Source: a virus (taxonomy: Duplodnaviria; Caudoviricetes). Taken from it: a DNA stretch of 54,618 nucleotides. Positions 25,769 through 34,475 of this stretch are shown here, in pieces. Location of the stretch: positions 1 through 54,618 of the IMG/VR virus record IMGVR_UViG_3300027790_000003. The stretch is one strand, 5' to 3'. The notes under the pieces were generated by a model, which was not told the DNA's origin, searched no databases, and saw nothing but the letters and a program-made list of their open reading frames with translations. The translations under genes were made by a program, and so were the position numbers. Each line of letters begins with the position of its first letter. The first letter of the stretch is position 1.

Positions 25769-26416
25769 ATGACAGCGTTGAGTGAGAAATTAGAGCATTA
25801 CGTGAACACTTTCATGCCGACCATTCACGGTTGGTGTGATCCTTTCAAGGCGAGGGACATTATAAAAACGGTGCTCGAGGACAAGCCGGTGATCTCAGTT
25901 GAGATTGGGGTCTTCGCTGGTAGATCGTTGTTTGCGGTGGGTGCCGCACTAGAGGAGATTGGGGCGAATGGGCAGGTTTACGGGATAGATCCTTGGAGTT
26001 CGGAGGCGTGCGGGCAAGGTTACGAGAAGGATGATCCGAACAAGGAGTGGTGGGATAGCGTGAATATGGGAGCTATTGAGCGGAGCGTTTATGACGTAAG
26101 GTCTTACTTGAACCTGACGCACAGGGTGCAACTTCTGAAAGCCAAAGCGGTGAGTGCTTACCCTAGATTTCAAGAGTGGCACAAGAAAGACTCTCCTATC
26201 GATTTTCTCCACATAGACGGGAATCATTCGGAGGAGACTTCAAGTGCTGACGTGGAGCTTTATCTGCCTTTGGTGCGAAGTGGGGCTACCGTGTTCATGG
26301 ACGATACGAACTGGGAGTCGACGAAGAAGGCTCAAAGAATGCTGCTCGAGTTTTGCGAGGAGCCGAGGATTGAGGAGAGTGAGTCGCATTGCTATGGAGT
26401 TTACAAGAAGAAGTAG
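25769..26416 (+). CDS. Class I SAM-dependent methyltransferase (Methyltransf_24-like)
   Basis: VEIGVFAGRS, YGIDPW, IDFLHIDGNHS, VFMDD. Confidence 0.9.
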   Translation: MTALSEKLEHYVNTFMPTIHGWCDPFKARDIIKTVLEDKPVISVEIGVFAGRSLFAVGAALEEIGANGQVYGIDPWSSEACGQGYEKDDPNKEWWDSVNMGAIERSVYDVRSYLNLTHRVQLLKAKAVSAYPRFQEWHKKDSPIDFLHIDGNHSEETSSADVELYLPLVRSGATVFMDDTNWESTKKAQRMLLEFCEEPRIEESESHCYGVYKKK

Positions 26417-26651
26417 CGAGACGTTCTTGCTTGTTGTGTTGGCGTTCGTGGTAGGTTTTCTATTCTCGATGATCCTGACGGCTTTAAGCTCTTCCTCTTT
26501 GACAGCGGAGGCGGAGAAGCGGACGGAGAGCTACCGGCAGGCATACATGCACGTTATGACTGAGCTAGAGATGATGAGAGAGACCTTGAAGATGACGGAG
26601 ATCTATGCCGAGAGTCTGAAGAAGAAGAAAGCGAAGGACAGTAGCCCATGA
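26394..26651 (+). CDS. Small membrane-anchored coiled-coil protein
   Basis: Start MEFTRR at 26394; TM segment FLLVVLAFVVGFLFSMIL followed by a charged helix. Confidence 0.55.
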   Translation: MEFTRRSSETFLLVVLAFVVGFLFSMILTALSSSSLTAEAEKRTESYRQAYMHVMTELEMMRETLKMTEIYAESLKKKKAKDSSP

Positions 26652-27157
26652 AGAGTTATAGTCAAGTGGGTCAGGATTTGTGGGCTCTCGAGAACGTGAA
26701 GGAGAGTCGGACGTATCTCGATGTGGGTGCGAGTCAGGCGATCTTTCACAATAACACCTACCTGCTCGATTTGAAGGGCTGGGAGGGTCAATGCTTCGAC
26801 AAGGACGAGGAGCACCGGGAGGAGCATGAAAGGATGCGGACCAGTGAGTTCTTCGTGTGTGACGGACTGAGCTATGACTGGGGGACTCATTTTGAAGGGT
26901 TTGCCACGAAGAGCTTGGGTTACCTGTCGCTGGATTGCGATGAGGATTCGACGGGGGTTATGGAGAGGATTCTGGGCTATGTGCGCTTTGAGGCGATTAC
27001 GGTGGAGCATGATGCTTACCTGCACGGAAATAAGTATCGAGGAGAACAGAGGAGGTTTTTGCGGGACCGGGGATATGTGTTAAGTCACATGGACGTGAAG
27101 TGCGAGCATGGGGGGTTTGAGGATTGGTGGTTGACACGTCCCGAACTTGTGCGATAA
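26648..27157 (+). CDS. FkbM-like (Methyltransf_21) methyltransferase
   Basis: YSQVGQD, YLDVGA, NNTYLL, YLSLDCD, ITVEHD, EDWW. Confidence 0.85.
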   Translation: MKSYSQVGQDLWALENVKESRTYLDVGASQAIFHNNTYLLDLKGWEGQCFDKDEEHREEHERMRTSEFFVCDGLSYDWGTHFEGFATKSLGYLSLDCDEDSTGVMERILGYVRFEAITVEHDAYLHGNKYRGEQRRFLRDRGYVLSHMDVKCEHGGFEDWWLTRPELVR

Positions 27158-27158
27158 T
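27131..27158 (+). promoter_or_regulatory. Promoter for the major capsid gene
   Basis: TTGACA-16nt-(TGc)GATAAT. Confidence 0.7.
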
Positions 27159-27163
27159 CGAGT

Positions 27164-27337
27164 GGTCGGATTACTATGGGCCAGGCTCTGCCCGTCGCAA
27201 GACAAAGAGCTATTCCGTCGAGTGTTAACTCACTTTACCAGGTCGGAATAGTCCCGTTGACCGGGGACAAACAGGAGACACGGACGAGTCGCGAGTGCGA
27301 TTCGAGTAGCTGTGTCTCGTAAACTTAACTGTTTGTC
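27164..27337 (+). ncRNA. Structured 5' leader RNA of the capsid gene
   Basis: Multi-stem junction with GCAA tetraloop plus a three-stem rod ending 3 nt before the ATG. Confidence 0.6.
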
Positions 27338-27340
27338 AGT

Positions 27341-28546
27341 ATGTCTTGCGAAGCTGTAACTAATTTCGTGCATAACGAGACCGGAAGGTTCGTTGTGCCT
27401 ATCATGCAGAGGCGCGTTTTTCAGCGTAGTCTCTGGTTAAACATCATCCGCCGTGGCGAGTGGCTTAATGGAATGGGCCCGTCACTCAACGTTCTCTTCT
27501 ACGAGCGTAGTGCTCCCACTGAGGCGGATCCGACATGGACAAATATCCATCCAAGCGGCGTAATCCCTGACGGGGCTGCTGGTGGTAGCTGTCTGCCTCC
27601 CTCTGAGAAGATCCCAATCGCCTCGACCACGAGAAGCTTTTCGCTCGAGCGGATTGCGAGAGAAGGTCCTGATATCTGTAACATCGATATCATGCCTGCC
27701 TTCGACTTGCAGAACCAGCTTGAGAGCGTTGCCGGGATTCTGGGCGATTACTCGCGGATCTTGTGGGAAATCAAATATCGACACGAGTATTTCCGCTTGT
27801 GTCAAACCAAGGTCGTTGTTGACGACTGTGCGAGCGGGGCTACGAGTTCTGATACGTTGGCAACGACGTATCCTTCGGCTTGTCCTACACAACCTCTTCA
27901 TATGGCGATTGTCCGCTACCACTTCATCGAGCAAATGCGTGATGGGGCGGGAGCTGACGCTTTGCTGAGGGGTGCCGGCGGTTCGCCGCTGGGCATCATG
28001 ATCGTCTCGAACGAGACACGAGGGAACATCATCCGGCAGAATGGCGATATCCGAGAAGATATCCGCGAGAGTAACATGAACAACCTGCTCGTGCGAGCGT
28101 TTGGTGTTTCACACTCTTACGGGGACATCGCATGGTTGGCTGATCCGTATCCTCGTCGTTTCTCTTGCTCGGGTGGCACGTTCACCGAGATCCCGGCCTT
28201 CGCGTTGGGTAGCAATGCTACACGAGGACAAGAAGCTGTCGTCAATCCTACGTGGAAGACGGCGGCGGATGAAGAGTCCTTCTTGTTCGATCCCGAGGTG
28301 ATGGAGTCTCTGATTCCTCGTCCTCCGACTGCACCACATCCGAACTTCCAGTTCGATCCTGTGAACTTCACGGGCGCTGTGACGTTGAAGAACATCATCG
28401 ATCGAACCTGTAACCCTGATGGGACTGTGATCTATCACCGTCTCCAGTTGGGTCATGCAGGTAAACCGAAAGAGACTTGGCGCGGAGTGGCGTTTGTCCA
28501 CAATCGTTGTGATCCAATGGGCTGCACTCTCGTCTGCGCCTCCTAA
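27341..28546 (+). CDS. Major capsid protein
   Basis: 401 aa, own strong promoter, distinct high-expression codon usage, position between scaffold and tail genes. Confidence 0.8.
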   Translation: MSCEAVTNFVHNETGRFVVPIMQRRVFQRSLWLNIIRRGEWLNGMGPSLNVLFYERSAPTEADPTWTNIHPSGVIPDGAAGGSCLPPSEKIPIASTTRSFSLERIAREGPDICNIDIMPAFDLQNQLESVAGILGDYSRILWEIKYRHEYFRLCQTKVVVDDCASGATSSDTLATTYPSACPTQPLHMAIVRYHFIEQMRDGAGADALLRGAGGSPLGIMIVSNETRGNIIRQNGDIREDIRESNMNNLLVRAFGVSHSYGDIAWLADPYPRRFSCSGGTFTEIPAFALGSNATRGQEAVVNPTWKTAADEESFLFDPEVMESLIPRPPTAPHPNFQFDPVNFTGAVTLKNIIDRTCNPDGTVIYHRLQLGHAGKPKETWRGVAFVHNRCDPMGCTLVCAS

Positions 28547-28571
28547 CCTGAACAGATAAGGAGAAACGAAT

Positions 28572-28970
28572 ATGAGTGTAGCAGTAGATGCAACGCAACG
28601 TGACGGGAGTATTCTAAATACTTCCGCCGCAACCGCGAATCAGGTTATCACGACCACCACGACTGTCGATGATCAGGCTTATGCCATCGTCGCTCGGGTT
28701 TACGGGGTGTCGACTGATAACTTCGACGAGGCTTTTTTCTATGAGATGAAAGCCTGTTTCTTGAACGATGGCGGGACGCTCGCACAGGTGGGTGCTACCG
28801 CAACAACGGTGAATATCGAGACTGTGAATGCCACTCCTTCGCTAGCTGCGACAGGGAGCAACATCGAGGTTCGGATTACACCGGCTGATTCGACTCCCAT
28901 TACGTGGCGAGCCGACATCGAGATTCAAGCGATCCAGCAGTATATCGCCAATGGCGGTTACGCTAAGTAA
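28572..28970 (+). CDS. Putative capsid decoration / virion protein
   Basis: Beta-rich Thr/Ala protein co-transcribed with MCP before the terminator. Confidence 0.55.
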   Translation: MSVAVDATQRDGSILNTSAATANQVITTTTTVDDQAYAIVARVYGVSTDNFDEAFFYEMKACFLNDGGTLAQVGATATTVNIETVNATPSLAATGSNIEVRITPADSTPITWRADIEIQAIQQYIANGGYAK

Positions 28971-28980
28971 CAATCAACCG

Positions 28981-29010
28981 GGGAGGGTAACCTCCCCCTT
29001 TTAACTTTTT
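28981..29010 (+). terminator. Rho-independent terminator
   Basis: GGGAGG-GTAA-CCTCCC followed by CTTTTAACTTTTT. Confidence 0.75.
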
Positions 29011-29442
29011 ATGGCAACATTCAATAACGCGGCTCTTCTCGCTCTAGGTGGGCGAATGAACCAATCTAACGTCTCCGCTTACAACAAGGACGACGTGATG
29101 AAACTGACGCTGCAAGCGTTGGGCGAACTAGAGTTAACTGCTTCGACTTCTTCCGCTCTAGCAACGTTGTCATCTTCGGATACTTCACAGACACTTACCG
29201 TGGATGCTACCGCTGGAGGGGTTCAGCTCTCGGCTTTCTCTGCTGATACGACACAGGTGTATGTATCGGTTCAAGATCAAGCGGTAAGGGTAACCTTCGA
29301 CGGGTCGGCACCGACTACGTCTCATGGGCATACGCTCGAAGTAGGTTATCAAGAGCTTTGGTCGAAAGACCTCGCTACTGCCGCCAAGTTCATACGCGAT
29401 AACGGCACGGACGGACAAGTCCACGCCTCACCCTTAAAGTAA
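29011..29442 (+). CDS. Virion structural protein
   Basis: VRVTFDGSAPT..HG motif typical of small phage structural proteins. Confidence 0.65.
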   Translation: MATFNNAALLALGGRMNQSNVSAYNKDDVMKLTLQALGELELTASTSSALATLSSSDTSQTLTVDATAGGVQLSAFSADTTQVYVSVQDQAVRVTFDGSAPTTSHGHTLEVGYQELWSKDLATAAKFIRDNGTDGQVHASPLK

Positions 29443-29443
29443 T

Positions 29444-32137
29444 ATGCCTTTAACTCGATCAGGAACTTCCGTTAGGGAGTATAAAATTCCCTCTTTCTAC
29501 GAGGCGAGCAACGAAACTCAAGTCAAACAGATCCCCCGCCCTGTCGATAAGTCGCACGCCATCATCGGCACGGCAGACGACGGGAGAATCTACAAGTTCG
29601 ACGCAACTAGTTCGGCTGCTGATGATGGATACGAAGTGCTCCAGGCTAACGACACTACCTGGAGTGGTCGCTGGTTGTTGACCGCTTTCGGTGGTGCCGC
29701 GAGCGGTGCGGGGAGTGGTATCTACAATGTCAAGAGCTTTGGGGCTGTTGGTGATGGAATCACGGATGACAGCACAGCTATTCAAGCTGCCGTCGACGAA
29801 GCAACTGCTGCCGGTAACGGAGGTATTGTGTTCTTCCCGCTCGGGACTTACAGCATCGAAACCACCATTGACCTCGCGGAGGGTATCCGGATGCAAGGGG
29901 TTGTGGCTCTGGACACTTCAACGGCTGATCACGGTTCTGTGATTGACAACGAAACCGGAGGAGTGGCCTTCAAGGCTTTGCTGGGAGGGGGCTCGCTTGA
30001 TCGCACGGCTGTTTCGATCGAGCATCTAAGATTCACAGAGGGCACTGCCACAGGCGGCACATACGCTGTCCAGCTTGCAAGTGTCGTGAACGGCTACGTT
30101 CAAGATTGCTCGTTCAGCGGGCATAACAATGGTGCGATTCTACTCGATAACTGTATCGGGTTGGACATTGATCGGATCTCCATCACGAGTGCCGATAATG
30201 CGGGTATCTTGACCTCAAACGCCAACTCTAGTATCCGGATTCGCAATAGTTACTTTGCGGTTGCAGGTAGTGGTGATGGGGCTGTCCAGTTTGGGAGCGG
30301 GGCTGTTGAAGACATCACCATTGAGGATAATCAGTTCACCGCGAACAACGGGAAGGGGGTCTACTTTACGAGTGGCGCTGGGATCACAGCCAAGGCGATT
30401 CGCATTCTCAACAACCTCTTCGAAAACAACGATGGGGCAAGTTCGGCGGACGAGGATCTCTATTTCAAAAGGACTACTTCGACTGTCTACACCGGCTGTT
30501 TGATCTCGGGCAATAGGTTCACTAGCTCGGGAACCGGATATGCGATGCGCTTTGAGGGACTTCAAAGTTCGTCTATCCGAGACAATACAGCCTCTAATGC
30601 TACCCCTGTCAGCTTGTCGTTGGATGCGAACTCGCAAGACAACTTGATCGAGGCGAACACCTTCGCAGGCTCTTACAGCGACTCCGGCACGAACAACGAG
30701 CGGGTTGACTCCACCAACGAGTTCGTGGGGCTACAAACAAAAGACTTTGTCAACGACCGGACGAATGCACGGCAAGCGGCGAATGGGGAATACTTTGACG
30801 GGGCGTCCTCACTTCTGAGCTGTGGCGATAGTGCATCGTTATCTTTTGGAGATTCTACAAACGACAGTCCCTTTTCGTTGACTGCGATCATCCGTCCAGA
30901 TTCGCTATCTTCTGACTTTGAAATCGTTGCGAAAGCCAACGCCAACTTCTCGTTTGAATATCGGTTTTGGGTCGATAACTCAGACAACAAGCTGAGGTTC
31001 GTTACCTATGATAATGCGGTGGGCGTCTACATCGGCGTGGTGGGGTCGACAGCGTTGGTGGAAGGCCAAACCTACCACGTTGCAGCGACCTACGATGGCG
31101 ACGCAACGGGATACACAGATTTTAAGATTTACGTCAATGGCGTTGCGGAAACTGTCGCGGATAATTCAGCGGGCGTTTATACAGCGATGCACGACACAAC
31201 GACGCCGTTGCAGATTGGATACTCTAAACCTTCCGCAAATAGTTACTCGGAGGGCGTCATCCATAGCGGTCTTGTTTACGCCCGTGAATTGACTGCGGCT
31301 CAAGTGCTCGCGTTATCGGAAAATGGGAACACTCCCGAAACAGACGACCAATGGGCAGACAATACTACGCAGACCAGCGGCACGTTGACTGTGGGACAGA
31401 AATATCGAATTGATACCTACGTAAGCGCAGATGACTTTACGAACGTCGGGGCAGGATCTAACGCTACCGGGGTCGAGTTCGTAGCGACCGGAACAACGCC
31501 AACAACCTACTCCAACGGGTCCACCCTTAGAACTATCGGGTGTGTGGTTGCTCTACTCCCAGAAAACATCCGCTCCTCAAACGGAGATTGGAAAGACGCC
31601 AGTTCGAATGACCTAGACGCAACTGCAACCTCAGTATCAGTCCTTCGCAAACCAGCTCCGCAAATGGCGCACGCTCCGAGTGATTCCGCCTCGGACATCA
31701 TTGAGGAGATCACCGCAGGGGACGGTGCGACCGTGCTGCATCGTCGACACGGTAACGGGGTGGTCAAGAATGGCGTCATCGCGTTTCAGCGGACGGCAGG
31801 TCACGGCTACGACGAGATTATCCAGACTGGAGCCATTGCTGACAATGCGACTTGGGTGTTGAATGATAACATTCTTGGCTCGCAGGTTCGCGGGTTCATC
31901 ACAGTCACTAACTCTCAAGGGGCGGGTCTCCAATGCGCGATCGTCGCATTGCAGGGGACGAACGGTGCTCCGGTATTGGTCTCTGATCCCTTTTCAACTT
32001 GGAGCATCACAGCTACCACAGCGTCAAAGATCAACATCTATACGGATGCTGGAAACAGCAACAAAACGACCATCGAAAACAAGACGGGCGGAACGATCAA
32101 TCTCACTATCCGAGTTCAATCCTACTATTTAGCGTAA
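29444..32137 (+). CDS. Tail spike with pectate-lyase-like beta-helix and LamG/ConA domain
   Basis: YNVKSFGAVGDGITDDSTAIQAA, FFPLGTY, beta-helix repeats; FDG...YHVAATYDG...IYVNG...LTAAQV. Confidence 0.88.
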   Translation: MPLTRSGTSVREYKIPSFYEASNETQVKQIPRPVDKSHAIIGTADDGRIYKFDATSSAADDGYEVLQANDTTWSGRWLLTAFGGAASGAGSGIYNVKSFGAVGDGITDDSTAIQAAVDEATAAGNGGIVFFPLGTYSIETTIDLAEGIRMQGVVALDTSTADHGSVIDNETGGVAFKALLGGGSLDRTAVSIEHLRFTEGTATGGTYAVQLASVVNGYVQDCSFSGHNNGAILLDNCIGLDIDRISITSADNAGILTSNANSSIRIRNSYFAVAGSGDGAVQFGSGAVEDITIEDNQFTANNGKGVYFTSGAGITAKAIRILNNLFENNDGASSADEDLYFKRTTSTVYTGCLISGNRFTSSGTGYAMRFEGLQSSSIRDNTASNATPVSLSLDANSQDNLIEANTFAGSYSDSGTNNERVDSTNEFVGLQTKDFVNDRTNARQAANGEYFDGASSLLSCGDSASLSFGDSTNDSPFSLTAIIRPDSLSSDFEIVAKANANFSFEYRFWVDNSDNKLRFVTYDNAVGVYIGVVGSTALVEGQTYHVAATYDGDATGYTDFKIYVNGVAETVADNSAGVYTAMHDTTTPLQIGYSKPSANSYSEGVIHSGLVYARELTAAQVLALSENGNTPETDDQWADNTTQTSGTLTVGQKYRIDTYVSADDFTNVGAGSNATGVEFVATGTTPTTYSNGSTLRTIGCVVALLPENIRSSNGDWKDASSNDLDATATSVSVLRKPAPQMAHAPSDSASDIIEEITAGDGATVLHRRHGNGVVKNGVIAFQRTAGHGYDEIIQTGAIADNATWVLNDNILGSQVRGFITVTNSQGAGLQCAIVALQGTNGAPVLVSDPFSTWSITATTASKINIYTDAGNSNKTTIENKTGGTINLTIRVQSYYLA

Positions 32138-32157
32138 ACTTAAACACAAGGAAAATC

Positions 32158-32466
32158 ATGACTACTCCCTACGGGGCTGTTGCCCTTTCAGAAGATATCC
32201 GAAACACACGAGCGCAGCTCAAGGAGCTTGCGGACGTTGCCCAGCAAGGCGTGGCTCTCGCTGACACTGTCTTGGGGCCAGAAAATCTAGGGTTCAGAAT
32301 CGCCAAAGGGGAAGCACCCAAGGAAAAAGAGATTGCTCCGTTGCAAGCCCAATTCGCAAGACTCAAGGCAAAACTCGATGCCCTGAACTCGGCTATTGAA
32401 GTCAAGACGGTCAAGGATTACACGAAACTTGCCTCCGCTGAAGCTGCTACACCAATAAAGCTTTAA
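32158..32466 (+). CDS. Hypothetical coiled-coil protein (possible spike chaperone)
   Basis: Start MTTPYG at 32158; directly after the spike. Confidence 0.55.
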   Translation: MTTPYGAVALSEDIRNTRAQLKELADVAQQGVALADTVLGPENLGFRIAKGEAPKEKEIAPLQAQFARLKAKLDALNSAIEVKTVKDYTKLASAEAATPIKL

Positions 32467-32505
32467 CAGTGAAGCCACACTACTCAGACTGGGCACAACT
32501 GTATT

Positions 32506-33735
32506 ATGGCTAGCACACTTCCATCGGTCTCGGACTGTTGCTCTCCCTGCAACGGTGAGGTAACAACGCAAGTCCCTGGGCCTACTGGGGCCTCGGGGTC
32601 TAATGGGTCCAACGGCACCGATGGAACTAACGCCTTTACTACCTTGACGGCACAATACACGATGCCCGCCGAAGGTGCGAGCAGTAGTGCGACTGTGGCG
32701 GACTCCGAGTGGATGTCTGCGGGGATGGTCGTCTACGTCGAGAATCTGGGTCACATGCAGGTGGCGGCAGTCACGTCATCACCGTTCACTTCTGTCTCTC
32801 TAACGAATCTTGAAGATACCGCTACCTCGGCTTACACTTCGAACTCGGCACCAGGCACGATAGCGGCAACGAGTTCAAAGATTTCTCCAGCAGGTTTACA
32901 AGGCCCAGATGGTGATACGGCAGGAAATGCTCCTGACTCAGCTAGCTACATCACGGTGAACGCTGAAGCGTCTCTCTCGGGAGAGTCTGCGGTCTCCGCT
33001 ATGGCAGCACCCGGGGCAGGAACTTATGGGGATGTGCTCGAGGATCAATCGGGCACGATGGTCAAAAGGGCTATCGGGGTTGCTCACGAGAACTCGGTCA
33101 CGGTCGATGACGCAGCGGGCTTGACTACGGGGTTAGTCGTAACGGCTACCGCGAACGGGATAGAGACGCCGACGGCAGCTACCGCTAGGACAGCCTTGGG
33201 GCTTGGGTCTGCCGCTACAGCATCTACGGGAGCAGCGAACGGGAATGTGGTTCTGGTCGATGACGCCGGGGGACTCTCGAATGGGAGAATAGCTTTCGCG
33301 ACAGCTTCGGGGATCGAGTCGAAGACTTCGGCTAATGAAACTACTGCGATTGTTCTAGCAGGGGGTTATGGGTTGCTCGGGGAGTCATTGGGTGTGGATC
33401 TTGACAACGGAGGCACTGTCCCTGCGGACGTGGCTACGATCACGATGCCAGGGGGACGTTACCGGATCGATAAAATCACTTGGCAGGGCTCATCGGCGGC
33501 TATCGGGACTGCTGCTGTAGGTATCTACACAGGGGCAGGTGCAACGGGGGACACGTTAGTGACTCCGGCAGCGATAACTCTACCCACTGTGAACGATTAT
33601 GAGGATGCGACGAATAACGCAGCGACGATAGGGGCCAAGGTTTATACCGTTACTACGATCTATGTCCGTCTGACGACTGCCGAGGGAGCGGCGGACACGG
33701 CGAATGTTCACGTTTATGGTTGGAGGTATTCATGA
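32506..33735 (+). CDS. Tail fibre-like protein with short collagen-like segment
   Basis: GPTGASGSNGSNGTDG, ARTALGLG motif, Ala/Thr/Gly-rich. Confidence 0.7.
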   Translation: MASTLPSVSDCCSPCNGEVTTQVPGPTGASGSNGSNGTDGTNAFTTLTAQYTMPAEGASSSATVADSEWMSAGMVVYVENLGHMQVAAVTSSPFTSVSLTNLEDTATSAYTSNSAPGTIAATSSKISPAGLQGPDGDTAGNAPDSASYITVNAEASLSGESAVSAMAAPGAGTYGDVLEDQSGTMVKRAIGVAHENSVTVDDAAGLTTGLVVTATANGIETPTAATARTALGLGSAATASTGAANGNVVLVDDAGGLSNGRIAFATASGIESKTSANETTAIVLAGGYGLLGESLGVDLDNGGTVPADVATITMPGGRYRIDKITWQGSSAAIGTAAVGIYTGAGATGDTLVTPAAITLPTVNDYEDATNNAATIGAKVYTVTTIYVRLTTAEGAADTANVHVYGWRYS

Positions 33736-33738
33736 TTT

Positions 33739-33999
33739 ATGAGCGACGAAGAAGTCAAAGAGTTGAAAGAAACTCTCAACGAGATCAAACGTTTGCAAAA
33801 CGATCAAGGCAGGAAGCTCCACGATTTAACCGTAGCTATAACAGGGGATGATAGCAAAGGTTTAGAAGGTGTCGTTCAACGCCAAAAGAGTCAGGGTCAA
33901 AGGATAAAGATAATCGAGTGGTTAGGGAGCGGAGTGTTGATCTTCCTCATCATCTCGAACGAGATGTTTAGAACATTGTTCGTGACGTTATTGAAATGA
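33739..33999 (+). CDS. Holin-like membrane protein
   Basis: Coiled coil, GDDSKGLEG motif, C-terminal TM segment. Confidence 0.5.
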   Translation: MSDEEVKELKETLNEIKRLQNDQGRKLHDLTVAITGDDSKGLEGVVQRQKSQGQRIKIIEWLGSGVLIFLIISNEMFRTLFVTLLK

Positions 34000-34475
34000 A
34001 AAAGTTCCTCGCAATTCTACTGGTTCTCGGTTTCACAGGCTGTATGTCCTCGATGCTTCCTCAGAAGCGCACCGAGAGTGTTCAAGCTACTGAGAGTATC
34101 GCGAACGCGCAGAACTTGATGATTGAGAAGGTCACAACGAGTGGGATGGGGGCGGATGGACAACCTTTTCACGAGGAGCTTAAGCTCTCTCACGACTCTT
34201 CTTCGAACGCTGGAGCGCGGGAGGATGTCTCTTCTAAGATCTCGATCCCTGTTATGGTTTCGATCTTCATCGGTTGCCTAGGTCTCGTTCTCTTGATGGG
34301 TATGTGGATTCTCTTCTCGAAGTTCTCGAATCTCGGGCGTGCTGCCGATAACGGTTTGGCTACTCTCGCACGGAGTATTCAAACGATGGCAGCTACGGTG
34401 CCGGATCCGACGGTGAAGGCTCAACTACTCGGGCTATTAAGTGAGGCAGAGAAGCAAAGAGGTAAGCTGAAGTGA
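33996..34475 (+). CDS. Lipoprotein with internal TM helix (u-spanin-like)
   Basis: MKKFLAILLVLGFTG|C lipobox; TM segment IPVMVSIFIGCLGLVLLMGMWILF. Confidence 0.55.
   Translation: MKKFLAILLVLGFTGCMSSMLPQKRTESVQATESIANAQNLMIEKVTTSGMGADGQPFHEELKLSHDSSSNAGAREDVSSKISIPVMVSIFIGCLGLVLLMGMWILFSKFSNLGRAADNGLATLARSIQTMAATVPDPTVKAQLLGLLSEAEKQRGKLK

Noticed and set aside
9600-27025. Many long Pro/His/Leu-rich minus-strand ORFs (e.g. 15711-17141)
   Set aside because: Antisense shadows of strongly G-skewed plus-strand genes, with no protein motifs
19871-27157. Serotype-conversion (gtrABC) cassette or host contamination
   Set aside because: No membrane flippase or polytopic transferase; genes are translationally coupled to phage head genes and share their skew
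27185-27210. c-di-GMP riboswitch in the capsid leader
   Set aside because: A GNRA loop is present but I could not match the conserved core of either class
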